DNA of 64,000 bases. It comes from Dictyostelium discoideum. Taxonomy: Eukaryota. The position numbers were made by a program, and so were the translations under genes. Below the pieces are notes generated by a model. The model ran no database searches and was not told where the DNA came from. It saw only the letters and a program-made list of their open reading frames with translations. Positions within the stretch are counted from its first letter, which is position 1, and every line of letters starts with the position of its first letter. This document shows, piece by piece, positions 36,577 through 49,670 of this stretch. The stretch is from the NCBI GenBank assembly GCA_000004695.1, contig CM000152.2, forward strand, positions 3,360,001 to 3,424,000, read 5' to 3'.

Positions 36577-37708
36577 ATGTTTTTAAGAAAATCAATTCAA
36601 ACTTTATCTCAAAGATATTACTCCACTTCTAACATCAAGGTAAAATTTTTATTTTATACTTAAAATATTTTCCTTTTTTTTTTTTTTTTTTTTATTAAAA
36701 TAAAAAAATAAAAAAAAAAATCTAAAAATAAATTTGATGATCATTTTTTTAATTATTATATTTTTTTTTAAAAAAAAAAAAAAAACAAAAGTCTGTTGGT
36801 GTTATTGGTGGTGGTCAAATGGGATCTGGTATTGCCCAAGTTTTAGCACAAGTTGCAAAGAGAAATGTTATCCTCGTTGATCTTAATAAAGCTGTTGTTG
36901 AAAAATCATTAATCAATATCAATGGTTTCTTACAAAAGAGTGTTGCCAAAGGTGTAATCACTGAAGAAGATAGACAAAGTACTTTAAAAAGAATTTCATT
37001 CTCTGATGATCTTAATTCTTTAAAAAATGTTGATTTTGTTATTGAAGTAAGTTGAAAACAATAATAATAATAATATTTTAATATATTATATAAAAGTACT
37101 AATAATAAAAATAATTAATTAATTAGGCAATTGTTGAAAATACAGAAATTAAATGTAATTTATTTAAAGATCTTTCAAAAATTTGTAAACCAGAAGCAAT
37201 TTTAGCATCAAATACATCATCAATTTCAATCACACAAATTGCATCAAATACTAATAATCCACAAAACGTTATTGGTATGCATTTTATGAATCCAGTACCA
37301 ATTATGAAATTGGTTGAAGTTATTCCAAGTCTTCAAACTAATGATGAGACTCTTAAGACTACAATGGAATTAGCTGCTGAAATGAATAAAACTACAACCC
37401 TCTCTAAAGATATGCCAGGCTTCATTGCTAATCGTTTATTAATGCCATACATTAATGAAGCAGTTCAAGCATTACATGAGGGTTTAGGTACTAGAGAAGA
37501 CATTGATACCACCATGAAATTAGGTTGTAATATGCCAATGGGTCCATTAACTTTAGCTGATTTCATTGGTTTAGATACTTGTTATTCAATTATGAATATT
37601 CTTCATACTCAACTTGGTGATAAATATAAACCATCACCATTATTAAAAAGATATGTCGAAGCTGGTAGATTAGGTAAAAAAGTTAAACATGGTTTCTACA
37701 CTTATTAA
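36577..37708 (+). CDS. Mitochondrial short-chain 3-hydroxyacyl-CoA dehydrogenase (HADH), 3 exons, 299 aa.
   Basis: Exon 1 is 36577-36639 (MFLRKSIQTLSQRYYSTSNIK, a presequence) with a GTAAAA donor. Exon 2 is 36792-37046 (SVGVIGGGQMGSGIAQV..., a Rossmann GxGxxG) with a GTAAGT donor. Exon 3 is 37127-37708 (AIVENTEIK...NTSSISIT...MHFMNPVPIMKLVEVI...PGFIANRLL...). It is collinear with human HADH. Confidence 0.85.
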
Positions 37709-38088
37709 ATTAAAAAAAAACCAGTAATAATAAATAAATAAATAATTAAATGAATAATAATTAAAAAAAAAAAGTTAAAATCAATCATCATCTTCATCAT
37801 CATCATCATCATTATTATTTTTATTTTGGTTTAGAAAATTTTATACTTGGATTTTAATTATTATTTTTTAAACATTACTAAAATAAGAAATATTAAATCT
37901 CCTTAAAGAATAGTTTTCAAATTAAGATGAATATATTAATTTTAAGATTTGAAGAATTTTTTTTTCTTTTTCTATTGTTTTTTAATATTTTTCATTTGTC
38001 ATTCATCTATTGATATTGAGTATATTAAAAAAATAAATTAAAATAATTAAAGAAATTTCAAAAACAAATTTTAAATATCCACCACAAC

Positions 38089-38130
<42 letters not shown>

Positions 38131-38651
38131 CTTTTTCCTTTAACTACAATTACCACACATTTTTATTTATTTCTTTTAAGCAACACGATTAATATTAAAT
38201 TTTTTTATATTAATTCAAGATTGCCACCACCATTTTTATCAAATTAACATATTAAACTTCAATCTTTGTACAGTCATTTTACAAATTGATTGGTAGGTTT
38301 ATTTGGAAATTTCATAATTATGTTTTAAAAATTGAAATAAAATATAATTTATTACCTTTAATTAAATTTATTCAAAATTCAATTTTAAAATTGTCTTATA
38401 TCATTTGAGAATGAAATTGAATCTATTAATAATTATAAAAAAAATATATTAATACCAAAAAAGTTTCATTTTTTATTTTTTATTTCTTGAAAAATATTTA
38501 ATTGGTTCATTTAATAAAAGGAAAAACAAAAAAAAAAAAAAAAAAAAAAAAGGTTTGTCGTTGTGGAGAATTAAAATTTGTTTATGAAATTTTATTAATT
38601 GAAAATTAAATTAATATAATTGGGTTTTTATTAATTTTAAATGGTAATTTT

Positions 38652-38825
38652 TTAACAACATCTACGATGACGACGACCAATATTCATGTCAACATTGATA
38701 ATATTTAAATTTGAACCACCACATCCACCAAAACCACCACCACAACCTCCGAATCCACCACAACCACCACAACCATCGAATCCACTTAACCATGAACTAC
38801 TATTACCACTACTTGAAATTGTCAT
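38652..38825 (-). CDS. hssA/2C/7E-family-like small Gly/Cys-rich protein, 57 aa. It falls below the 60-aa ORF-track cut-off.
   Basis: Reading the minus strand gives [57 protein letters not shown]. The MTI(S)n start plus a (GCGG/GFGG) core is typical of the dictyostelid hssA/2C/7E small-protein family. The + strand ORF 38686-38928 in the track is its antisense artefact. Confidence 0.5.
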   Translation of the reverse strand: MTISSSGNSSSWLSGFDGCGGCGGFGGCGGGFGGCGGSNLNIINVDMNIGRRHRRCC

Positions 38826-39457
38826 ACCATCAACATTTGCAATTAAGCTTTGTTTATATAAACCAGTTGAGTTTGAAATTGATGAAATTGAATCTATTAA
38901 AAAAAAAAAAAAAAAAAAAAAATTTTAATATCAATTCATTTAAAATTAATAAATACAAATTAAATAATAATACTAAAAAGTGTCATTATTTATTTTTTTT
39001 ATTTTCTATTTCTTTAAATAATATTTTATTTGATTATTAAAATTTATTATTTGCAAAAAAAAAAAAAAAAAAAATAATTTATTTTAAACAAACCAAAATT
39101 TGTTGAAATAGTTATTATTTTTTGAAGTTAATAATAAAAAATTATAAAAATATAAAAAAAAAAAAAAAACACATTTATATTTTTAAATAATAATTTAATA
39201 AAAAAATTTTTAAAAAAATTTTCTTTATAGTATTTTATTTCATTTTTTGGATAAATTAATATTTTGGATAAATTTTAAATTATTGCTGATTTAAAGAATG
39301 GAAATATTGATTATGGTGCCAATGGAAAAAAAAAATCCAATATGGTACAAATTTAAGATTTTATGAATCCTTTTTTTTTTTTTTTTGGGTATTTGAAAAA
39401 AAAATTATATATGTTTATTTTTATTATTTTTTTTTTTTTTTTTTTTTTTAATTATTT

Positions 39458-39508
<51 letters not shown>

Positions 39509-39573
39509 AAAGTAATAGTATGTTAAGTAATAATATTTTATTATTTTTCAATTTAAAATCGATAACATGCCTT

Positions 39574-40116
39574 TCAGGTAAAGGTGTAACGATTATTTAC
39601 AGGTACCCTAAAATCTTCTTTAACTTCATTTTCAATTTCAGAATCATGATTGGTATGATTATTTTCATCATCGTCATCATTACCGCTATTACTATTTGTT
39701 GACATAATATCTTCAAGTGAACGATGAGAAGATAAAGCAGCGATCGTTGAAGGATCAACTGGTAATAATGATTTTCTTCTTATCATTGATGGTTTATCAG
39801 CTTTAGTTTCGGTTGAACCATTATTATTATTATTGTTGTTGTTGTTGTTGTTGATATTATTATTATTATTATTGTTGTTTTGGTTAATTTGTTTAGATTT
39901 TTGAGTTTCTGGCGCATTTTGTTTGAATTTTTCACGTTGTTGTATTTGTTGTTGTTTCTTTTTACTTTCTTTATATTTTTCACTAATTTTATTAAATAAA
40001 TCCATATCAATTTCCATAAATAATTTTAATGAACTAATTGATAAATTTCTAATTGATCTAAAAAAATAAATAAATAAATTAATAATTATTAATAATTAAA
40101 ATAATAATAGAATAAA

Positions 40117-40147
<31 letters not shown>

Positions 40148-41307
40148 TACCTATTCCAATGCGAAATTGAATTTTCATGTAATGGTTTATAAAAAGTTTC
40201 CAAAGCTAAAGTGAAATTATTTTTTGAAGCTATTAATAAAACTATATTTTCATTACTAAAGAGATAGAGAGCTCTTTCAGCAACTTGAAAGTGTTCACTT
40301 TGGAAACATTTTGTCATTTGACGGAAGAATTGATTTCTAAATTTAGCAAATTGTTCATCACTTACCAATCCCAATAGATCCTCCATCTCAGAGAGGAATA
40401 AAACCTCCTTTTGACTATTACCACATGGCCAAAGTCTAAGAATTGATTTAAAGATTGGTTCAGCCAATGATGGTTCCTTCTCGATGAATTGTGACATACA
40501 ATAACCCAAATGGGAACAATAGACTGAATATGATTTTGGTTTATGTAATGGTATTAAAACTTTGATGAGAAATTGTTTATGTTCATCTTTCAATGGAACG
40601 AGGAACCCATTGATGATACTTCCCAACACCTCTAAAATCTCTGAAATGCCATTATGCTGATGGGATTCATAGACAAAGGTACAAAACAAATTTCTAATTG
40701 CGGTTCTAATGAAACCTCTGAGTCCTAAAAACTTTCCATAGATTCTGTGTAATGTGGTCTTGAGGTAATCTCTCTCTCTTGGATCTTCACTATCGAAAAG
40801 ATCCAACATTTGTAATACAAATCGATCGTCGACATAGTTTTTTGCAATGTGTGTATTGAAAGTGGGTGAATCTATAAATCTTAATAATACTTCGTAGACA
40901 ACTTGAATGTGTGGCCATGCTGCCTCTAAAATGGGTTCATCCTCCTCTGGATCATACATTACACCATAGGGATTGATTCTTGGTGGAAGTGGTCTAAAAA
41001 GATTGACTGCCACCATTTCAAATACCATCTTGTAAATACTCTCATGGAGAGGTTGATCATTTGTTGATAAAAAATTAACACATTGTAAAAGTGCCTCTTG
41101 TTTAACACCTTTTGATACCATATACGTATTGTCCGAGAAATCATACACATAACAACATTGTTTCAACTTGAGAAGAAATAATGATGGTCTTTCCTCTGGT
41201 GAAACATCTTGAAAGTTGGCTATTTTAGTAAGTTCACCTTGTGGTTTCTCATGAAAACGACTAGAATAACTCTTTCTTAATAAACTACCATGTTGTCCAC
41301 CTGCTAA

Positions 41308-41341
<34 letters not shown>

Positions 41342-41544
41342 AATGTTAAATTATTTTTTAATGGTTCACTAAATGGTATTTGTTGTGGTGATAATTGTGG
41401 TACTTGTTGATGTTGAAATTGTTGTTGTTGTTGTGGGTTTTGTTGTTGTTGTTGTTGTTGTTGTTGTTGGTTTTGTTGGGTTTGATTTTTATTAGAATTT
41501 AAAATTGGTGACTGTGATAAGTTTTGTTGATAATTTATATGATC
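39574..41544 (-). CDS. psrA: PP2A regulatory subunit B56 (B'), 5' end unresolved. Two exons are confidently placed, 41544-40151 and 40057-39574, giving at least 625 aa.
   Basis: The core is collinear with B56: ...SLFLLKLKQCCYVYDFSDN...YESHQHNGISEILEVLGSIINGFLVPLKDEHKQFLIKVLIPLHKPKS...WPCGNSQKEVLFLSEMEDLLGL...HWN|R SIRNLSISSLKLFMEIDMDLFNKISEKYKESKKK.... A GTAAAA donor sits at 40150 and the acceptor at 40058/59. An in-frame TAG lies immediately upstream of 41544, preceded by ttttatag, so the initiator Met must be in a small upstream exon I could not place. I recall Dictyostelium having a B56 gene called psrA, hence the symbol; this is unverified. Confidence 0.75.
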
Positions 41545-41795
41545 CTATAAAATTGAGGTTTCGAATGAATATTGAAAAAAAAAAAAAAAAAAAAAATTTT
41601 TTTTTATTTTTATTTTTTTTTTTTTTGTAAATTGTAGGAGATATAAAATTTTTTTATGATAAAAAAAAATAATTATCATAAATTAAAATTAAAAAAAATA
41701 AAAAATTAAAAAATTAAAAAATTAGTAAATAATACTTTTCCATTAAATAAATAAATATTATCCAAAAATAATAATAATAATAATTATAAAGGAAA

Positions 41796-41859
<64 letters not shown>

Positions 41860-41904
41860 TTTTTATTATTATTATTATTATTTTTATTATTATTATTATT
41901 TTTA

Positions 41905-42003
<99 letters not shown>

Positions 42004-42888
42004 TTATTATTATTATTTTTATAATTATTATTTTTTTTAAATATAATAATATAAAATAAAATTAAATTACATTTTTCATTTTTTTCTAAAAATATGTATT
42101 TTGACTTGGTTACACCAAAATAATAAAAAAAAAACAACGTTTGTACTTTTTCTTGTTTTTTTTTTTTTTTTTTTTTCCTTTTTCTTTATTTGTTTTTACA
42201 CCTGTTTGTTCTTGAAGTTTTTTTTTTTATTATTAACTAATTTTTTTTTTTTCCTTTTTTTCTTTATTTGTTTTTATACCTGTATGTTCTTGAAGTTTTT
42301 TTTTTTTTTTATTATTTTAAAATTTTTAATTGTTTTTTTTTTTTTTATTTTTTTAAAATTTTTAATTGTTTTTTTTTTTTTTTATTTTTTTTTTATTTTT
42401 TTTTTATTATTTTTTTATATATAAAGCAAAACAAAAAAAATAAAAATAAAAAATAAAAAGAAAAAAAAAAAAAAAAAAAAAAAAAAAATGTGTAATTATG
42501 AATTTTTTGAATTTTTATTTTTATTTTTATTATTATTTTTTATTTTTAATATTTTTTTTGAATCTGACAGGCGAGATAAAGTAGGAACATCTATTTTACA
42601 CAGATATTTGAGGTGAAAGTTAATTTACAATATTTACAAAAATAAAAAAAAAAGGACGTGCTTTTTTTTTCAAAAAAAATAAAATAAAATAAAATAAAAA
42701 AAAAAAAAATAAAAAAATACAAATAAGGACACAACATTACTTATTTTAATTATTTTTAATTGATTGATTGTATAAATTTCACACATAAAAAAAAAAAAAA
42801 CATTATTTTAATAAAATTGATTAACGGCAATTTTTTTATTCATTTATTATTATTATTTATTTATTTTTTTTAAAAATAACACAACAAA

Positions 42889-42924
<36 letters not shown>

Positions 42925-43117
42925 TTAAATTAATATCAAAAAAAAAAAAAAAAAAAAAAGTTTTCAAAAATTAAAAACCTTATTATTTTGATTTAAAAAA
43001 TATTATCATATTATTAAAAACAATATAACTTTTTTAATAAATACTATATTTTATTAAGGACGGTAAAAAAAAATGAAAATACTAAAAAAATTATTAAGGC
43101 CTAGCTGTTATTATTAA

Positions 43118-43172
<55 letters not shown>

Positions 43173-43801
43173 TTGAGTTTAATGAACCAAAAAAAAAAAA
43201 TATTTGAGTAATAATAAGTTTGGTGATGGACAAAAAAAAAAAAAAAAAAATTAAGACGGCGAGTATTTGGTTATAAGTTTGGTAATTATAATTTTATTTT
43301 ATTTTCAGTTTTTTTAAAATTTCTCAATTTTTTTTTTTTTTTTTTTTTAAAATTGTATTTATTTATTTTATAAACTATGAGAAAGAACCTTAAATATACA
43401 AATAGAAAAGTTGTTTTTCATAAATAACAATATTACAATAAATCACAAAATAACCTATAAATATTATTTAAAAAAATAACAAAAATAATAATAAAATAAA
43501 TTGGTTACACTTTTTTTCATTAGGACGTGGTTTCTCATAAAAAAACAAAAATAAAAATAAAAATAAAATAAAATTAAAAAAAATAAAATTTAATTAAAAA
43601 AATATAAAAAAAAAAAAATTAAAAAAAATAAAATTTAATTAAAAAAAAAAAGAAACAAAAACTTGAAAATTTTGGAAATTCTTTTTTACTTTTTTTTTTT
43701 TTTTTTTTTTCTCAACATATTATAAAACAATAAACAAACACACTACAACACAAATATTACAATATTACATACAAACTTTTAATATATACATATATATATA
43801 A

Positions 43802-43833
<32 letters not shown>

Positions 43834-43853
43834 TTTTTTTTTTATAAATAATA

Positions 43854-45851
43854 ATGAATAATAATAATAATATAAAACTTCCACCACCATGGCAACTTGT
43901 TAATGATGGAATGGGTAGACAATTATATTATAATCCAATGACAAATCAACAAAGTTATACACCACCACCAGGTTCAACACCACAACAACAACCTACACAA
44001 CAACAACCACAACAAATGCAATTCCCAATTTCAAATTTAGGTACACCCAATTCATCTATTTCAAAATCCTTACCAGATGGTTGGGAAGAATCAACAGATA
44101 ATCAAGGTCGTGTTTATTATATTGATCATGTAAATAAAAAAACATCTTGGATTCATCCAAGTTTCACTCATCAACTTCATCAACAACCAACATCACCAGC
44201 TACACCAACAAATAACAACAACAACAACACAACCTCATCAAAAGTAACCCCAGCTCAATCTGTACCAATTGTATCAAAACCAATAACTTCACCATCACCA
44301 TCATCTTCTTATCAAGATAACGCTTTTTATCCATCATTTTCTGAATATGGTTATGCACCAAATTCAAATAATAATATTAGCAGTAGTAGCTCTACAACAA
44401 CAACAACAACAGCACATATACCAACACAATCTAAACCAATACCAAGTACTAGTAATAATAATAATAGTAATAATAGTTCATATAGTGATGATTCATCATA
44501 TAAATCTAGAAATGTTGCATCATCACCACCATCAGTTAAAACACCAGTTTCAACATCATCAACATCACCTCAAGGATCTGGAAGTAAAACAAATGTTTTA
44601 CTTTCACATATTTCACCACTTTGGGACTTGGAAAAAATTGTACCAGCTTGTTCAAATTGTTATTCACCATTTACTGTGATTAAAAGAAGAGTAAGTTTAT
44701 TTATTTTTTTGATTTTTTGATTTTTTGATTTATTAACCTTTTTTTTTTATTTTATTTTTATTTTTTTAGCATCATTGTAGATGTTGTTATAGAGAATTTT
44801 GTGATGCATGTTCAACAAAGAGAATAAAGATACCACAATTTAATTATAATGACCCAGTTAGAGTTTGTGAATATTGTTATTCACATACATCATCAAATGA
44901 AAAAACATGTATTTCTAGATTGGTTCCATATTTATTTGAAAACTATAAGAATGCCACACAACAATATCAAGCACTATTGGAAATCTATGATTACGTTTTA
45001 ACCTATCAAAATTATCCAACCTCTATTGAAGCTGCAATCGTCGGAGGTTTAAAACCATTTTTAGAATATGTTATAAGGGATCAATCTGATAAGAGCGAAA
45101 CAGTTGCTTTATGTTGTCAAATTATGGCATTCACTTCAAAGTTTGAAAAAGTTTTAAAACCAATCACAGATAAAGAATCGTTAATCTCGCTATTTGATAT
45201 TTTATATACTTCAAAGAATCAATCAGTTCAAGTAGATTGCGCTAAAGTTATCAAAGAGATCTTAGTTTATAATTCAAAGAAATCTCCAGTTGGTACTAAT
45301 ACTTCAAATCAATCCATTAATAATAATAATACTTCAACAACAACAACCACCAGCACTACAACAACAACCGCAGCAGCAACAACAACAACAGCAACAACCA
45401 ATAATACCACACCATCACCAACTGATCCAATGATACCAACATCAACTTTACAACAATTTATTTCAACATTAGATGTTAAAAATAAAGAGGATTATCAATT
45501 GGAAGCATTGAAAATTTTGAAAAGACTTGTACAAGATGAGAATACAGCAATTGCAATGGTTGGTGCAGGTGCAATCGATATTGTTACACCAATGTTGTTA
45601 AGTTCAAAACAAGGTATCCTTAGAAGAGTATTAAAACTTTTATTAACTTTTATTGAATATGATCAAAAGAATAGTGATAAAATTTTTAATCTTGGTGGCG
45701 CTTTATATCTTGGTGAATTATTATTCAAACAAATTTCTCCAAATTATAATATTTATATTTTAACCATTTTAAAATGAATTAGTTCAACAAGGTAATATAT
45801 ATCCTATTTTTTTTAAAAAAAAAAAAACAAATTAATATTTAATAATTTTCT

Positions 45852-45910
<59 letters not shown>

Positions 45911-48900
45911 TTTAGAAAATGCAAATAATATAACAAATATGGATGGATTATTAGATTCATTATTAGAACCATTTAATAATAATCCAAATAGTAAAGAATT
46001 TAAAGAATTATTATTGTTAGTTAATAATTTATTAGCTGCTACAACCGTTTCAAATTCACAATCATTAATTAATAGAATTTGCGCACATGAAGGATTTTTA
46101 AGTGCATTAATTTCAACAATGTCTGTTACAGCAATTGAACCAACTTCAATAAAAACATTATTATATCTTAGTCAAGGTGAAAAAGTAAAGGAGAAACTTC
46201 GTGATCTTGGTATCATTGATCCATTGTTATCAGTGATTTGTGATAAATCAAAGAATCCATTGAATGCTTTAACCATTTTAACAAATTTGGCAAAGAATAA
46301 TGAATCAATCTGTAAGAATATATTTGAAGTTGGTGGTTTAGCATTGTTAATGGATATTGTAACTGCTCCAACTCCAAAGTTAGCACCACCATCAGTTTCT
46401 GCATCACCATCACCAAATCCTGTTGGTGCATCAATTTTGTCAGCAAATGGTAAATTAACAAGTGTACCATATAGTGGTGATGTAGTATCAACCTCTGCAA
46501 ATAACACTGCCACCGAAGAGAATGATAAGAAAATGTCTGATTTCAAAGCAACTCAATATCAATCTGTTTTATTATTATCAATGTTATCAAGATCAAAGGA
46601 TATCGTACGTGAATTTGTCAACTTTGAAAATGGTAATGGTGTTAAAACTTTGGTTGGATTAATGAATCCAACTTGTGATGATCAAATGAAAGTAGCAACC
46701 TCTGAATGTCTTTGTAACTTTTGTGATGATGAAACTTGTGCTATCCTTGTAATTAGTGAAGGTGGTTTAACATATGCTCAAGCATTACTATCATCCAATC
46801 AAACTCATATCAAAGCAAATACCTTGAAACTCATTCAAAAGTTGGCTACTCATTCACCAGATATTAAATTGGCCATTTCAGAAGGTACTTCAATTCAAAA
46901 GATGGTTGAAATGTTAACAAATTCCAATCCAGAATTAAAGAAATGTGCAATCTTTTCATTGTCAGAGTTATGTCGTGAAAATAACTCCAATCGTGATTTG
47001 GCCTATAAATGTGGTTGTTTACAATTGTTGGTAAATTCATTCAATACCTATACAAATGATACTAAAACATTGGTTTGTCTATTGGAAATTATCTCTGGTT
47101 ATGTTCAACAAAGTGATCAATATAGAAATGTTATTCTTGGAACTGATTTGGTTCAATCGATTATTGAATATCTCTTCTCAAGTGTTCCATCACAAAATCC
47201 AACTCAATCAGAGAGTACCAATAGTAGTTTTATCATTCAATCTCAGCTATACTCTGTATTAATTCTATCAGTACTTATTAAAGATACTTCGAGTGATCTC
47301 ATTAGAAAAGTTATTGACTCTGGTATTATTCTCTCTTTGATTCCAATGTTGGCAATTAAAAATTCTTACCTTCAAGAGTATACACTTGCCACTTTGAAAA
47401 TGGTTTCAAAATCAACAACACCTGAACTTCGTGATACAATGATCTCATCTGGTATTCTCGCTTGTCTATCTGATTTACTCTTTTCAAAGAATGAAAGTAT
47501 TCTTACCAACACACTTCATATTTTAATTGAACTTTCAAAAAGTCAAGATTGTGGTGGTTATTTATTATCTACAAATGCAATCACTCAAGTTTCAGAATTG
47601 GTAATTTCTCAAACCACCCCACAACCTGTAAAATCATTGGCAATTCAATTGATTTCAACCCTTTTGGAAACCAGTTCAAACACTTCAAACATTTGGGAAA
47701 CCTTTACTTCTAAATCTGGTATTCCAGGTATCATTTCACTTCTTTCCTCTGATAATCCATCATTGGCTATCAATGCTGCCAATGCCCTATCATCAATTGT
47801 CGTCGATGGTCCAGGTAGAGCTAGAGTTGTTGAAAATGGTGGTTTACCATTGCTATTACAAGCAATGTCATCATCCAATGTAAATATTGCTTGTGCTGCC
47901 TTAGTAACAGTTTTAGGTCTCTCATTAGAGGATGAATTATGTGAAATGATTGTAAATTTGGGTGGCCTTAAAACATTGGACCTTATGATCTCTGATAATA
48001 GCTACATGAGCAATAGTATTAATATCGATACCAAATTATACGCCTGCGAAACCATTTTCAATTTAGGTAGTAATAATCAATGTAGAGGTAGTATTTGCCA
48101 AGATAATCAAATAATTCCACAAATCATTTTCATTCTTTTACTCTCAACCAATCCAAATTATCATAGTGTCGCTTGTAAAACATTGGCTCTTTTGGTAACC
48201 AATGCCATCATTGCTAAACAAGTCGTTGAATTGGGTGGTGTAATTGGACTTGGTCCACTTTTATCAAATAAAACCGATGAAATCACTAGAATATCAGCTT
48301 CTGTTGCACTCACTAATTTAGCAAAATATTATAATCCATCAAGAGTTGAAATTTTAATAACTGTAAATGAAAATAATGAACCTTGTCTATTAGAATATAT
48401 TAAAATTCTTTCAAATAAACCACCACAATCACAATCAAATACCACCGAAAATAATAATAAAGATTCAAATATTATTGATAGTTCTACAAGTGATATAAGA
48501 TTAAAATTACAAATTTTAGAACTTTTAGAACTCTTATCAAATGAACCACAATTCTCTGAAGTTATTGAAAATATTAATGGTGTACCATCAATTATTTCAT
48601 TATTATCAAATCATTTATCTTCCTCCTCCTCCAATAATAATAATAATAATAGTAATAATAATAATAACAATGAAGATAATATTTTATTATTTAAAACTTT
48701 ATCAATTATTACAAATCTTGGTTCAAATCTTTCAAATAGAAATGCTTTATTAAATAATGGTTTTTTGAAACAATTGGCAGGATTAATGACACCACCACCA
48801 GAAACTTTAATTTCACTTGATGATAATATCTCAAATTCTCTTTCATCACTTTTGGATATTCAAGAGAAACCTAGCACCCCCTCAACAACTGATTTCGCTA

Positions 48901-49622
48901 AATTCAATATCTCAACCACTGATGAAGAGAAAGAAGATATCAATAAATTGGCTTTGAATTTAATTTATACATTCTCATTGTCCGAAGATGGTAAACATAT
49001 AATTAGAAATTCAAAATTAATCAATATTGTAATCAGATTTATTGATTCTAAAGTAGAGGATCAAGTTTGTTTTGCTTTACGTACCATTGCTTTGTTAGGT
49101 TTATCATCATTGAATAGATTGGAAATTTTAAATAATGGTGGAATGGATAAAGTTTTAAATCAATTTTCCAAAGCAAACAATAATCCAAATGTAATTTTGT
49201 GTTGTTTGGTTGCCATCTACAATTTGGTATTTTTAGAACAAAACCTCGCAAGTTTCATTCAAAAGGATTGTCTAAAACATTTAGTCAACGTTGGTTTAAT
49301 GTATCCAAATGAAACCATACAACAACAAAGTATACTAATTATCAATAGACATTTGAACTCTACTAAATATGTTGAAGAATTGGTAAACAAATTTGATATC
49401 ATCACTCTTCTTGTAAATATTTTAAGTAATGCCTCAAGTGAAAGTTTAATCCTTCATGTTCTTAAAACTTTAACAGATTTCATTCCATTCGATTCTGCTA
49501 GAACCTCAATATCCTCAAAGATTCCAGTTCAAATTTTAAAAACTCTTCAAAATGTTAGTAATCCTTCACTAAGAGAATATTCTGAAAAATTATTACAATT
49601 ATTTTGTGGAATAGATCTTTAA
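43854..49622 (+). CDS. Large WW-WW-FYVE-armadillo/HEAT repeat protein, 3 exons, about 1828 aa.
   Basis: Exon 1 is 43854-44690 and holds two WW domains ([30 protein letters not shown] and [30 protein letters not shown]), then ...[14 protein letters not shown] and a GTAAGT donor. Exon 2 is 44770-45712 and completes the FYVE finger ([15 protein letters not shown]...RVCEYCY) before ARM-like repeats; its GTGAAT donor is phase 1. Exon 3 is 45916-49622, acceptor tttag, with about 1230 aa of ARM/HEAT-like repeats. The exon 2/3 join is inferred because phases match and the in-frame TGA at 45775 would otherwise truncate; alternatively these are two separate genes. Confidence 0.6.
45845..45905. repeat. 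T61 homopolymer in intron 2 of the WW-FYVE-ARM gene.
   Basis: It is an uninterrupted T run. Similar 50-60 nt A/T homopolymers occur at 4201-4256, 5966-6026, 12247-12297 and 22345-22403. Confidence 0.9.
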
Positions 49623-49630
49623 ATAAATAA

Positions 49631-49670
<40 letters not shown>

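Noticed and set aside
38686-39040. 80-aa and 109-aa + strand ORFs (Pro-rich and His-rich).
   Set aside because: They are the reverse-complement reading of the (GGTGGTTGTGG)n Gly/Cys-coding repeat of the minus-strand hssA-like ORF.
41784-42456. 117-aa poly-Asn ORF (minus) and two poly-Phe ORFs (plus) in the 41.8-42.5 kb region.
   Set aside because: This is pure (ATT)n/(T)n simple sequence in the upstream region of the B56 gene, with no start context or flanking conserved sequence. It is simple-repeat DNA, not a gene.
45775-45777. In-frame TGA ending the 285-aa ORF, which would suggest the WW-FYVE gene ends here.
   Set aside because: A phase-1 GT donor 63 nt upstream (45713) matches the phase of the AG acceptor at 45914/15 that opens the 1227-aa ARM ORF, and both halves are ARM-like. 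A splice bypassing the stop is therefore more parsimonious, but this remains an inference.
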